DNA of 7,330 nt from a virus (lineage: Duplodnaviria > Heunggongvirae > Uroviricota > Caudoviricetes), in the IMG/VR virus record IMGVR_UViG_2609459769_000015; one strand, written 5' to 3'. The position numbers were made by a program, and so were the translations under genes. The notes under the pieces are model-generated. The model was given only the letters and a program-made list of their open reading frames with translations, did no database searches and was not told the DNA's origin. Shown here one piece after another: positions 1 to 5,897 of the stretch (its first letter is position 1; each line of letters opens with the position of its first letter).

Positions 1-183
1 ATGACATTTTTACAGCTTATTTTATTGTATTTCTGCACGGCAGTATGTGCGTTATATCTGGTGAGTGGTGGTTATAAGGCCATCAGAAATTATGTTCGCC
101 GCAAAATTGAGGACGCAGCAGCTGAAAAACTCAGTAAAACAGCGCAGGTAACTCCGCTCCCAAAAGACCCGACCCAGCCCTGA
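1..183 (+). CDS. Hypothetical small membrane protein (60 aa): N-terminal hydrophobic helix FLQLILLYFCTAVCALYLV followed by a charged tail
   Basis: ORF begins with ATG at window position 1 (its promoter/RBS, or an upstream extension, would lie outside the window); stop TGA 181-183; 36 bp upstream of the next gene on the same strand. Confidence 0.35.
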   Translation: MTFLQLILLYFCTAVCALYLVSGGYKAIRNYVRRKIEDAAAEKLSKTAQVTPLPKDPTQP

Positions 184-218
184 TTGCAGGGCTTTATTCC
201 CGCATAAGGAGGATATAC

Positions 219-473
219 ATGCCAGAAATTAAAGGCACCGTCACTGAAGACCTGGTAAAACAGGCACTGTATTCCGGTGAAGTAAATAAGTTGCTGAAAG
301 CGCAGGTCCGCAAGGATTTTGAGGCACAAATCGACACTTACGTTGATGAAGTGCTGGCAAAACTTATTGGGCCAGCAGTTGCGGCCAGTGATGCTGATAA
401 TGAGCCGAAAACCGACGCGCAGCCAGAGCAACCAGACCCGGCTCAGCCCGGAACTGACAGTACCATGATGTAA
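219..473 (+). CDS. Hypothetical acidic protein (84 aa) with Pro/Gln/Asp-rich C-terminal tail
   Basis: ATG at 219 preceded by strong Shine-Dalgarno AAGGAGG (205-211); natural-looking composition; stable hairpin immediately after the stop. Confidence 0.5.
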   Translation: MPEIKGTVTEDLVKQALYSGEVNKLLKAQVRKDFEAQIDTYVDEVLAKLIGPAVAASDADNEPKTDAQPEQPDPAQPGTDSTMM

Positions 474-478
474 CAATA

Positions 479-506
479 CAAACCGGTGGTGTCCTCTGCC
501 GGTTTG
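479..506. terminator. Hairpin (8-bp stem CAAACCGG / CCGGTTTG, 12-nt loop) just after the 219..473 stop; possible terminator between convergent genes
   Basis: Perfect inverted repeat at 479-486 / 499-506; no clean U-tract on the plus strand, modest T-rich run on the minus-strand side. Confidence 0.3.
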
Positions 507-530
507 ACACTAATGAAAACATCTTTGCCG

Positions 531-572
531 CTATCCAGCCATATGTAATCGCTGGATAGTATTTCGTATTCA
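531..572 (+). terminator. Hairpin (9-bp stem CTATCCAGC / GCTGGATAG, 11-nt loop) followed by a T-rich tract TATTTCGTATTC; candidate intrinsic terminator
   Basis: Perfect inverted repeat 531-539 / 551-559 followed by T-rich sequence 560-572. Confidence 0.3.
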
Positions 573-640
573 GAAATATAGCTGCTTATGGAGCAGTCAA
601 TCCTGCTTCCCCATCCGGGCAGGCAAATGAACCGGTATCA

Positions 641-934
641 TTAGTCCGATTCACGCTTTTGTAGAATCGTTCCCAGAATGCTATACAGCTCATTAGCCTG
701 TTGCTCCATCATTGAGACGGAGGCTATACGGTGCAAAGTGATTTCAGGAGGTGGCACACCTCCATCTTCTTGCTGTGGAGGAAAAACATAAGATTTAATA
801 AAAAAGTTGAAGCATATGAACTCTCCCGCACTCGAACTGTATTTGCAGGCATCTGAATAATCGGAAAAATAATCATTATAGATTTCCGCATTTTCAATCA
901 TTTTTCGATTTCTCGTCGTTACATGATTGTCCAT
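641..934 (-). CDS. Hypothetical protein (97 aa), divergently oriented from com-mom
   Basis: ATG (reverse complement of 932-934) preceded by Shine-Dalgarno AAGAGG with 5-nt spacer; no family recognised by eye. Confidence 0.5.
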   Translation of the reverse strand: MDNHVTTRNRKMIENAEIYNDYFSDYSDACKYSSSAGEFICFNFFIKSYVFPPQQEDGGVPPPEITLHRIASVSMMEQQANELYSILGTILQKRESD

Positions 935-1057
935 AGCAGCCTCTTACGCTGGCAATTAACCAATTGACTTCTATAAATTAGTTGATTTGTTTGCTTTGCG
1001 GTATTCAAATGTACAATCATTCAGCACTTATGCGTTACAGCACCGTTTAAAATTAGT

Positions 1058-1147
1058 GATCAAACTCATAAATTTTCGCTAATGACATTTCGTGTTATTT
1101 GTTGTATCAATTAAATAAATCAAATCGATCGTTTTTGTCGATCGATT
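1058..1147. promoter_or_regulatory. com-mom upstream control region: three GATC (Dam) sites at 1058, 1127 and 1140, the latter two inside a perfect 9-bp inverted repeat AATCGATCG-N7-CGATCGATT (1123-1147)
   Basis: Read directly from sequence; AT-rich 250-bp intergenic region between divergent genes; candidate -35 ATGACA (1082-1087) and -10 TATCAA (1105-1110) are weak. Confidence 0.5.
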
Positions 1148-1190
1148 GAGTGATAAAGATATCAACAACAAAGCAGGAGGTTATGCGGCC

Positions 1191-1391
1191 ATGTATCGAA
1201 ACATACGGTGCCGACATTGTAACAAGCTACTGGCACGAGCCAGCTTCAGTTATCTGGAAGTTAAATGTCCGCGCTGTAAAACCCTCAATCAAATCACATC
1301 TCAGAGCGCCACAGAGCACCCCACATACACAAGGAAATCCTGTCGTGGGGAACAGAAAGCAAGTTACATCCCGTATCATCAGCACGCCTGA
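1191..1391 (+). CDS. com: Com-like zinc-finger translational activator (66 aa), Mu Com family
   Basis: ATG 1191 preceded by AGGAGG (1175-1180); Cys4 pattern CRHC...CPRC ([30 protein letters not shown]) closely resembles phage Mu Com; 3' end overlaps the start of the mom-like ORF as in Mu. Confidence 0.85.
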   Translation: MYRNIRCRHCNKLLARASFSYLEVKCPRCKTLNQITSQSATEHPTYTRKSCRGEQKASYIPYHQHA

Positions 1392-2082
1392 ACTTATTCA
1401 CTATAACGACAATATCGTCGGTTATGGCTCCCGTGAGTTACGGGTTGAGACAATAAGTTGCTGGCTGGCCCGGCTGGTCGTCGTCAATAAACATTACAGC
1501 CATCGTTTCGTAAATAATTCCTACCTTCATCTGGGCATATTTTCAGAACGGGAGCTGGTTGGCGTAATGCAATGGGGTTATGCCCTTAATCCAAACAATG
1601 GTGCACGCGTCGTAACTGGCACGCAGAACCGCGAATATATGGAGCTTAACCGGTTATGGCTGCATGACTGTATGCCGAGAAACTCCGAATCAAGGGCAAT
1701 CAGTTACGCGCTCAAACTAATCAGACAACTTTATCCGCAGGTGCAGTGGGTTCAGTCGTTTGCAGATGAGCGTTGTGGCTGTCTTGGTGTCGTGTACCAG
1801 GCAAGCAATTTTGATTATGTAGGCAGTCATGAAACAACATTCTATGAACTTGATGGCGAGTGGTATCACGAGATTTGCAAGAATGCAATCAAACGAGGAG
1901 GACAGCGAGGTGAACATCTGCGGGCTAATATCGACAGAGCCAGTGTTCATAAATTCCGTCAGTTTCGTTACATCCGGTTTCTGGACAAGAGAGCCAGAAA
2001 ACGCCTTAACACAAAGCTATTCAAAGTCCAGCCTTACCCAAAACCACAAACAGTTAAAACTGGTTTGAAAGAGAGTGAATGA
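1345..2082 (+). CDS. mom: Mom-like DNA modification protein (acyltransferase-fold adenine-modifying enzyme), about 245 aa if initiated at GTG 1345
   Basis: Long ORF overlapping com out of frame; motifs KHYSH, NSESR, SFAD recalled from Mu Mom; candidate start GTG 1345 with AAGGAAA (1331-1337) upstream; start position is uncertain (the ORF is open from 1150). Confidence 0.75.
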   Translation: MGNRKQVTSRIISTPELIHYNDNIVGYGSRELRVETISCWLARLVVVNKHYSHRFVNNSYLHLGIFSERELVGVMQWGYALNPNNGARVVTGTQNREYMELNRLWLHDCMPRNSESRAISYALKLIRQLYPQVQWVQSFADERCGCLGVVYQASNFDYVGSHETTFYELDGEWYHEICKNAIKRGGQRGEHLRANIDRASVHKFRQFRYIRFLDKRARKRLNTKLFKVQPYPKPQTVKTGLKESE

Positions 2083-2117
2083 ACGCTTAAAAACTCATTC
2101 TAAAACTCAAAAGAAAA

Positions 2118-2158
2118 GCGCCGATTTAGTATCAAATAAGTTGCGTATCGGCGTTTTT
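2118..2158. terminator. Candidate bidirectional intrinsic terminator between convergent mom and dam: stem CGCCGAT / ATCGGCG (2119-2125 / 2147-2153), T5 on plus strand, T-rich run on minus strand
   Basis: Inverted repeat with 21-nt loop, followed by TTTTT (2154-2158) and preceded by AAAAGAAAA (2109-2117) which gives a U-tract for the opposite strand; the loop is long, hence moderate confidence. Confidence 0.4.
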
Positions 2159-2193
2159 CAGCGGTATCAAATGAAATGCAAATCGGTATCAAA
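2128..2193. repeat. Three direct copies of GTATCAAA (2129, 2164, 2186), two within an exact 10-bp repeat CGGTATCAAA (2162-2171 and 2184-2193, 22 bp apart)
   Basis: Read directly from sequence in the mom-dam intergenic region; function unknown. Confidence 0.4.
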
Positions 2194-2244
2194 AAAATCG
2201 CCGCGCTATATTAAAGCCGCTGCAGTTGTTCATATCAGCATGGC

Positions 2245-3102
2245 TCATGCACGCACTCCGTACACGGCAGAACTATCCACGCCACGCGAAGGATCAAATC
2301 CCACCCAGCAGCGCGCCCCAGAAACAGCGATGATTTCTGTTGCAGATTTACTCTCGCCAGCCGACACGCCGATGCTGCGTTTTGCCTTGATGTAGTGGTG
2401 AGTGAAATTTCGATACAGCGAACGGATCAGGGATGTGTCACTGTTAGAAACAATGACTGGATGACCTTCTGATGATCGATATTCAAGAACAGATGCCAGG
2501 TGATACTGGTCATCTTCAGTGAAGCCGTTAGTGTGATAGCCGGAAAACGTACCGTCATAAGGCGGATCGCAATACACCACATCCCCCACCTGCAGCATCG
2601 CCAGCGTTTCATCAAAGCTGGCGCAGATAAACGTTGCTTGCTGGGCTTTCTCTGCAAATGCGCGAATTTCTTTTTCAGGGAAATACGGATTTTTATAATT
2701 ACCGTATGGAATGTTGAAATGCCCGCTCTTGTTATAACGACATAACCCACGGTAACCATGACGATTGAGATACAGGAAATATACCGCTTTCATGAAATCA
2801 GTAATTTCAGTGGAGTAATTAAACTCCTGCCTTATGTTGTAATAAGCCAACTCCCTGTTTGCTTCCTCAAATAAAGCTCTGGCACGAGATATAAACGCCT
2901 CGCAATCAGCAGCAACCTTTTTATAGAGGTTGATTAAATCAGGATTAATATCCGCAACAAGATAGCTGGGGTAATCCGTCTCCATCATCACAGCACAGGA
3001 ACCCGCGAAAGGTTCAACCAGTCGCGGGCCAGCAGGAAGGTGTTTTTTCAGTTCGGACATTACGGCGGTTTTATTTCCCGCCCATTTCAGGATGGTGCTC
3101 AT
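2245..3102 (-). CDS. dam: DNA adenine methyltransferase, Dam family (D12-class N6-adenine MTase), 285 aa
   Basis: Strong resemblance to E. coli Dam along the length: [15 protein letters not shown] (AdoMet motif), [15 protein letters not shown], catalytic DPPY; start ATG at 3100-3102 overlaps the upstream stop in an ATGA junction. Confidence 0.9.
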   Translation of the reverse strand: MSTILKWAGNKTAVMSELKKHLPAGPRLVEPFAGSCAVMMETDYPSYLVADINPDLINLYKKVAADCEAFISRARALFEEANRELAYYNIRQEFNYSTEITDFMKAVYFLYLNRHGYRGLCRYNKSGHFNIPYGNYKNPYFPEKEIRAFAEKAQQATFICASFDETLAMLQVGDVVYCDPPYDGTFSGYHTNGFTEDDQYHLASVLEYRSSEGHPVIVSNSDTSLIRSLYRNFTHHYIKAKRSIGVSAGESKSATEIIAVSGARCWVGFDPSRGVDSSAVYGVRA

Positions 3103-3326
3103 ACAGCACCCCCGTTGTAATGTTTGCCTTTCAGCTCTGCGATTTCCTGACAGGTAATGCAAAGCTGCACACCCGGAATGGCACGGCGGCGTGCTGGCGG
3201 AATTGGCGCTTCACACTCAACGCAAAGCACGCGGGACACGCCCGGCGTTTTGGCACGGGCAGCACGGATATGGCGCTGGCGTTCTTCTTCAACGCGCTGC
3301 TGTACGAGATCCATTGCATCAGCCAT
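3099..3326 (-). CDS. TraR/DksA-family C4 zinc-finger protein (75 aa)
   Basis: CVEC...(17 aa)...CITC four-cysteine motif and size typical of phage TraR-like proteins; start overlaps the upstream gene stop (TAATG). Confidence 0.8.
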   Translation of the reverse strand: MADAMDLVQQRVEEERQRHIRAARAKTPGVSRVLCVECEAPIPPARRRAIPGVQLCITCQEIAELKGKHYNGGAV

Positions 3327-3559
3327 TAGTGGATCTCCTGCGCTTCGTTCTGGATTGCTTCAGCAGTCACACGCAGCAGTTCTGCCGCTTCCACGTGGTT
3401 TAGCTGACGGGATGAGATATGACACGCCAGGCTATCAAGGCGAGCTGCCATTGCTTCAGCCCTTGCCCGGCGTTCTTCCAGACGAGCCTCTGTCAGTAAA
3501 ATATTAAGCCCTGCGTCATCCGGTCCGGTTTTAGTCGTGAGGGTTTCAATATTACGCAT
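3326..3559 (-). CDS. Hypothetical early protein (77 aa), Ala/Arg/Glu-rich helical
   Basis: ATG (reverse complement of 3557-3559) preceded by AGGAG with 8-nt spacer; translationally coupled to the TraR-like gene; resembles small conserved proteins of P2-like early operons. Confidence 0.6.
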   Translation of the reverse strand: MRNIETLTTKTGPDDAGLNILLTEARLEERRARAEAMAARLDSLACHISSRQLNHVEAAELLRVTAEAIQNEAQEIH

Positions 3560-3626
3560 AATCAATTCTCCTGAATTTAGATAAAGGGATGCCCGGCGGG
3601 TTTACGCCATTAATTTCATTAGTTGG

Positions 3627-3968
3627 TTAATTCGGCATGGTTAGCCGTCTGGGAAATAAGCTCACCACTGCACGAAAATGATTCATTGCTTTAATCAGCT
3701 CCCGCTTTTCGTCAGTGGTCAGCTCATTAATGCTGATGCTATGACGTTCAGCTGGAATTTTTGCCATAAAGAATATGGCAGCCAGTGCCCGTTTATTTTG
3801 TTCATTATTGATATCCCGTGGATCACGCATATCTTTAATAAACCGCTCAAGCTCTGACTCAATATTCAGGCCAAAAACTTTCGCCCTTAACTCCGCAATG
3901 TGATTAAGTCCATTCAGGCGTTCACCGGGGCTTAATGGAACAGTTGCTGCAGCGCCATTAATTGCCAT
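3627..3968 (-). CDS. Hypothetical early protein (113 aa)
   Basis: ATG (reverse complement of 3966-3968) with G-rich RBS; ordinary protein-like composition; no family recognised by eye. Confidence 0.55.
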   Translation of the reverse strand: MAINGAAATVPLSPGERLNGLNHIAELRAKVFGLNIESELERFIKDMRDPRDINNEQNKRALAAIFFMAKIPAERHSISINELTTDEKRELIKAMNHFRAVVSLFPRRLTMPN

Positions 3969-3990
3969 ACTTCATATCCCCCAAACGCAG

Positions 3991-4215
3991 CTATCGTTCT
4001 TTGTTCTTACGGTAACGCTCAAGAGGAGATACATTTTTTCGTATCGTCTCTTTAACCTGCTCTCCCCGTAAAAACGTCCCATCCTTTAACGCGAAAAAGT
4101 AACTGCCATCGCCCGACAATGACGGATAGCAACAGAGCAAATCATCTTCAGGTACTGAATAACTCTCCCCTCTGTAACGAAACTGATAAACCACTTCACT
4201 TTCTGCCGCATACAT
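3991..4215 (-). CDS. Hypothetical early protein (74 aa)
   Basis: ATG (reverse complement of 4213-4215) preceded by GGAGAAAG; natural-looking sequence; overlaps the 3' extension of the upstream ORF in another frame. Confidence 0.6.
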   Translation of the reverse strand: MYAAESEVVYQFRYRGESYSVPEDDLLCCYPSLSGDGSYFFALKDGTFLRGEQVKETIRKNVSPLERYRKNKER

Positions 4216-4382
4216 TTGGACTTTCTCCGTTTCCTCGTGGTCAATTCAGACAGCAATTCATCTTGTGAATGACATGGATGCCAGCGTTTTCCATCCTCAC
4301 CCGTGATCCAGCCGTGACCGTAGTGCATTGCCGGGCTTTGTTTTACCAGCAGCGATGCAAATGATGGTTCTTTCGTCAGCAT
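4086..4382 (-). CDS. Hypothetical early protein downstream of cII (position of 186 fil); 98 aa as it stands, but the last ~42 aa look like out-of-frame read-through
   Basis: ATG (reverse complement of 4380-4382) preceded by GAGGTG; N-terminal 56 aa look protein-like, C-terminal part (Cys/Arg/Trp-rich) overlaps the 3991..4215 gene for 130 nt. Confidence 0.4.
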   Translation of the reverse strand: MLTKEPSFASLLVKQSPAMHYGHGWITGEDGKRWHPCHSQDELLSELTTRKRRKSKCMRQKVKWFISFVTEGRVIQYLKMICSVAIRHCRAMAVTFSR

Positions 4383-4389
4383 AAGCACC

Positions 4390-4899
4390 TCACAGCAAAC
4401 CGAATGAAGCACCGAGGCCAGTCACGGTATCAACTGCACTCGCCATCGCAGGGTTAGCCTGTAAACGGGCCTGCAATGAAACAGCAGCCAACGCCATCAG
4501 TCGTGTTACAGAGTTAATGCTGCTGATAGCATCACGACGACCTGCACTGGTTTTTACATCGCCAGATACCGCACCTGCAGCAACACGCCCGATCTCTGCG
4601 GTTGCACTCATGACGTAATGTGGCAGTTTCTCTTTTGCCACCTCATTAATTGGTACGCATGGCAGGCAGTGAATCTGTGCCAGAAAACCATCTACCAACG
4701 TTGAATCTTCAGTCAGATCGGTAAGCAGCCAGATTTCTGGTGCGGTTAATAAATGAGGTTGAGCTGGGTTCAGCTTGTTCCGCAGAATCTGCACATTCAT
4801 GCCCGCACGTTCTGCCAGTTGCACCAGATTGTGGCGCAGTGCGAATGCACGACAGGCTTCATCAAAATGTGGATGTTTGGAAACTTGGTAATCAAACAT
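4390..4899 (-). CDS. cII: Phage 186-type CII lysogeny-establishment activator (169 aa)
   Basis: Sequence [19 protein letters not shown]...[28 protein letters not shown] closely matches what I recall of phage 186 CII; ATG at 4897-4899 (reverse) is preferred over the TTG at 4906-4908 given by the ORF track. Confidence 0.85.
   Translation of the reverse strand: MFDYQVSKHPHFDEACRAFALRHNLVQLAERAGMNVQILRNKLNPAQPHLLTAPEIWLLTDLTEDSTLVDGFLAQIHCLPCVPINEVAKEKLPHYVMSATAEIGRVAAGAVSGDVKTSAGRRDAISSINSVTRLMALAAVSLQARLQANPAMASAVDTVTGLGASFGLL
4873..4899. promoter_or_regulatory. Candidate CII operator: inverted 7-bp half-sites ATGTTTG (4873-4879) and CAAACAT (4893-4899), 20 bp centre-to-centre, overlapping the cII start codon; implies a rightward CII-dependent establishment promoter reading antisense through apl toward cI
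   Basis: Half-sites read directly; the sequence and two-helical-turn spacing match my recollection of the 186 CII binding site at pE; weak -10-like ACTTAT at 4915-4920. Confidence 0.5.
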
Positions 4900-4963
4900 G
4901 GTTTTCAACTCCGAACTTATCGCAAAATCGAACTCAGCGTCTTATTGCGAAAATAGACGTCTA

Positions 4964-5167
4964 TTAAGCAGACAAAGCATCAACAGTCAGAGCAGCCAGG
5001 TTAATCATTACCTTTTCACGTTTTTTGTCTTTACGAAGACGATGACGAGGTAGTCGGCCATCAGCCAACATGTCGTTAATCGTATCAATAGAAAGGCCAG
5101 TCAGTTCGCTATAACGTTCGATTGTGACATGTGGTGTATTCAGAGTAATTGAAATGTTAGGTGTCAT
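4964..5167 (-). CDS. apl: Apl/Cox-family excisionase and transcriptional regulator (67 aa), first gene of the lytic operon
   Basis: HTH segment [25 protein letters not shown] resembles P2 Cox / 186 Apl; position immediately opposite cI across the switch region. Confidence 0.65.
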   Translation of the reverse strand: MTPNISITLNTPHVTIERYSELTGLSIDTINDMLADGRLPRHRLRKDKKREKVMINLAALTVDALSA

Positions 5168-5312
5168 AAGGCAACATTCCTTCTAGATATGGCTTGTGGC
5201 GAGCCGTTGTTTGTCGTGATTAGTAGTGAAGGCTCCAAAAGAACACTTCTGGTTCAACTTTAAGATCGCTTTTGGAATCTGTCAACGAATTTTGGATTTC
5301 TTTGGAGGACTT
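5168..5312. promoter_or_regulatory. Lysis-lysogeny switch region. Candidate leftward lytic promoter (pR-like): -35 TTGACA (minus strand, 5280-5285), 17-bp spacer, -10 TAAAGT (5257-5262). Weaker candidate rightward promoter (pL-like): -35 GTGTCA 5161-5166, -10 TAGATA 5184-5189
   Basis: Hexamers read from sequence; face-to-face arrangement is that known for 186/P2; helically phased TTTGGA repeats at 5271, 5291, 5301 and TGTGGA at 5311 overlap the -35. Confidence 0.45.
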
Positions 5313-5882
5313 GTGGATTTCAATAGCGGCGGTAAGAAAGCCATAGAACGTTTAGTTGAAGCATATGGGTTCGGTACCCGTCAGGCTCTCTGTGATCATT
5401 TAGGTGTTTCTAAGAGCACCATGGCAACGCGCTATATGCGTGATATTTTTCCAGCAGATTGGGTAATCCAGTGCGCCCTTGAAACGGGCACCTCGCTTAA
5501 TTGGCTAACAACAGGGCATGGTTCAAAGCAAGCATCAGCAAATACAAATACTATAGAAGTAGAAAAATATTTATTGTCTGATGGAGCATTGCAGAAAGAC
5601 GGTTTTTATATTTTTGATAAGGGATTTCTACCCTCTACGTTTAAAAAACCTTTTGTCATCACAGATAACAATTCTGAATTTATTTGTGATAAAGAATTTG
5701 ATGATATACGTGATGGTAAATGGGTAATAAGTATTGATGGCGAAATAACGATCCGTGACATTACTCGTTTACCCGGTGGAAGAATCTTCGTCGAGGGTGG
5801 AAACAGAGCCTTCGAATGCAAGATAGAAGACATTGAAATAATTGGTAAAATTATAAGTTTAACAGTCAAGTATGTTAAATAG
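5313..5882 (+). CDS. cI: Phage 186-type CI immunity repressor (189 aa from GTG 5313; the ORF is open from GTG 5226)
   Basis: N-terminal HTH region ERLVEAYGF...CALETGTSLNWLTTGHG matches the 186 CI repressor family; GGAGG (5304-5308) precedes GTG 5313; the C-terminal half is AT-rich. Confidence 0.85.
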   Translation: MDFNSGGKKAIERLVEAYGFGTRQALCDHLGVSKSTMATRYMRDIFPADWVIQCALETGTSLNWLTTGHGSKQASANTNTIEVEKYLLSDGALQKDGFYIFDKGFLPSTFKKPFVITDNNSEFICDKEFDDIRDGKWVISIDGEITIRDITRLPGGRIFVEGGNRAFECKIEDIEIIGKIISLTVKYVK

Positions 5883-5897
5883 TACCGGGAGGAAACT

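Noticed and set aside
90-476. 128-aa ORF on the minus strand spanning both left-end plus-strand genes
   Set aside because: Antisense to two ORFs that have proper starts and RBS; Trp/Cys-rich low-complexity translation typical of a non-coding frame; no RBS
975-1060. Repeated 8-mer AAATTAGT at 975 and 1050 in the AT-rich divergent promoter region
   Set aside because: Short motif in AT-rich DNA; recurrence is plausibly chance; no symmetry or phasing to support a binding-site call
1150-1344. Upstream in-frame extension of the mom ORF (TTG 1150 or ATG 1183 starts)
   Set aside because: Would fully overlap the clearly recognisable com gene in another frame; ATG 1183 is only 3 nt from the SD; Mu-like organisation favours a start near the com 3' end
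1717-2068. ORFs 1717..1950 (minus) and 1829..2068 (plus) inside mom
   Set aside because: Internal or antisense to the Mom-like gene; no start signals
2075-2395. 106-aa GTG-initiated ORF on the plus strand after mom
   Set aside because: Runs through the bidirectional terminator and repeats and is antisense to the conserved C-terminal region of dam; basic low-complexity product; likely spurious
2245-3102. Possibility that dam is the methyltransferase half of a restriction-modification system
   Set aside because: No adjacent endonuclease-like ORF; neighbours are a TraR-like gene and a terminator; the protein resembles orphan Dam enzymes
2427-3507. Multiple overlapping ORFs in alternate frames within dam, the TraR-like gene and the 3326..3559 gene (2427..2759, 2500..2745, 3120..3329, 3131..3319, 3157..3507, 3191..3403)
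   Set aside because: Embedded in or antisense to genes with strong family-level support; no independent start signals
4740-4967. Two plus-strand ORFs antisense to cII (4740..4967 and 4753..4956)
   Set aside because: Lie within the well-supported cII coding region; although an antisense transcript is expected here, these frames lack RBS and look non-coding
5226-5312. Upstream start (GTG 5226) for cI
   Set aside because: Adds about 29 residues with no counterpart in the 186 CI N-terminus as I recall it and would place the switch promoters inside the coding sequence; GTG 5313 with GGAGG is preferred, though not proven
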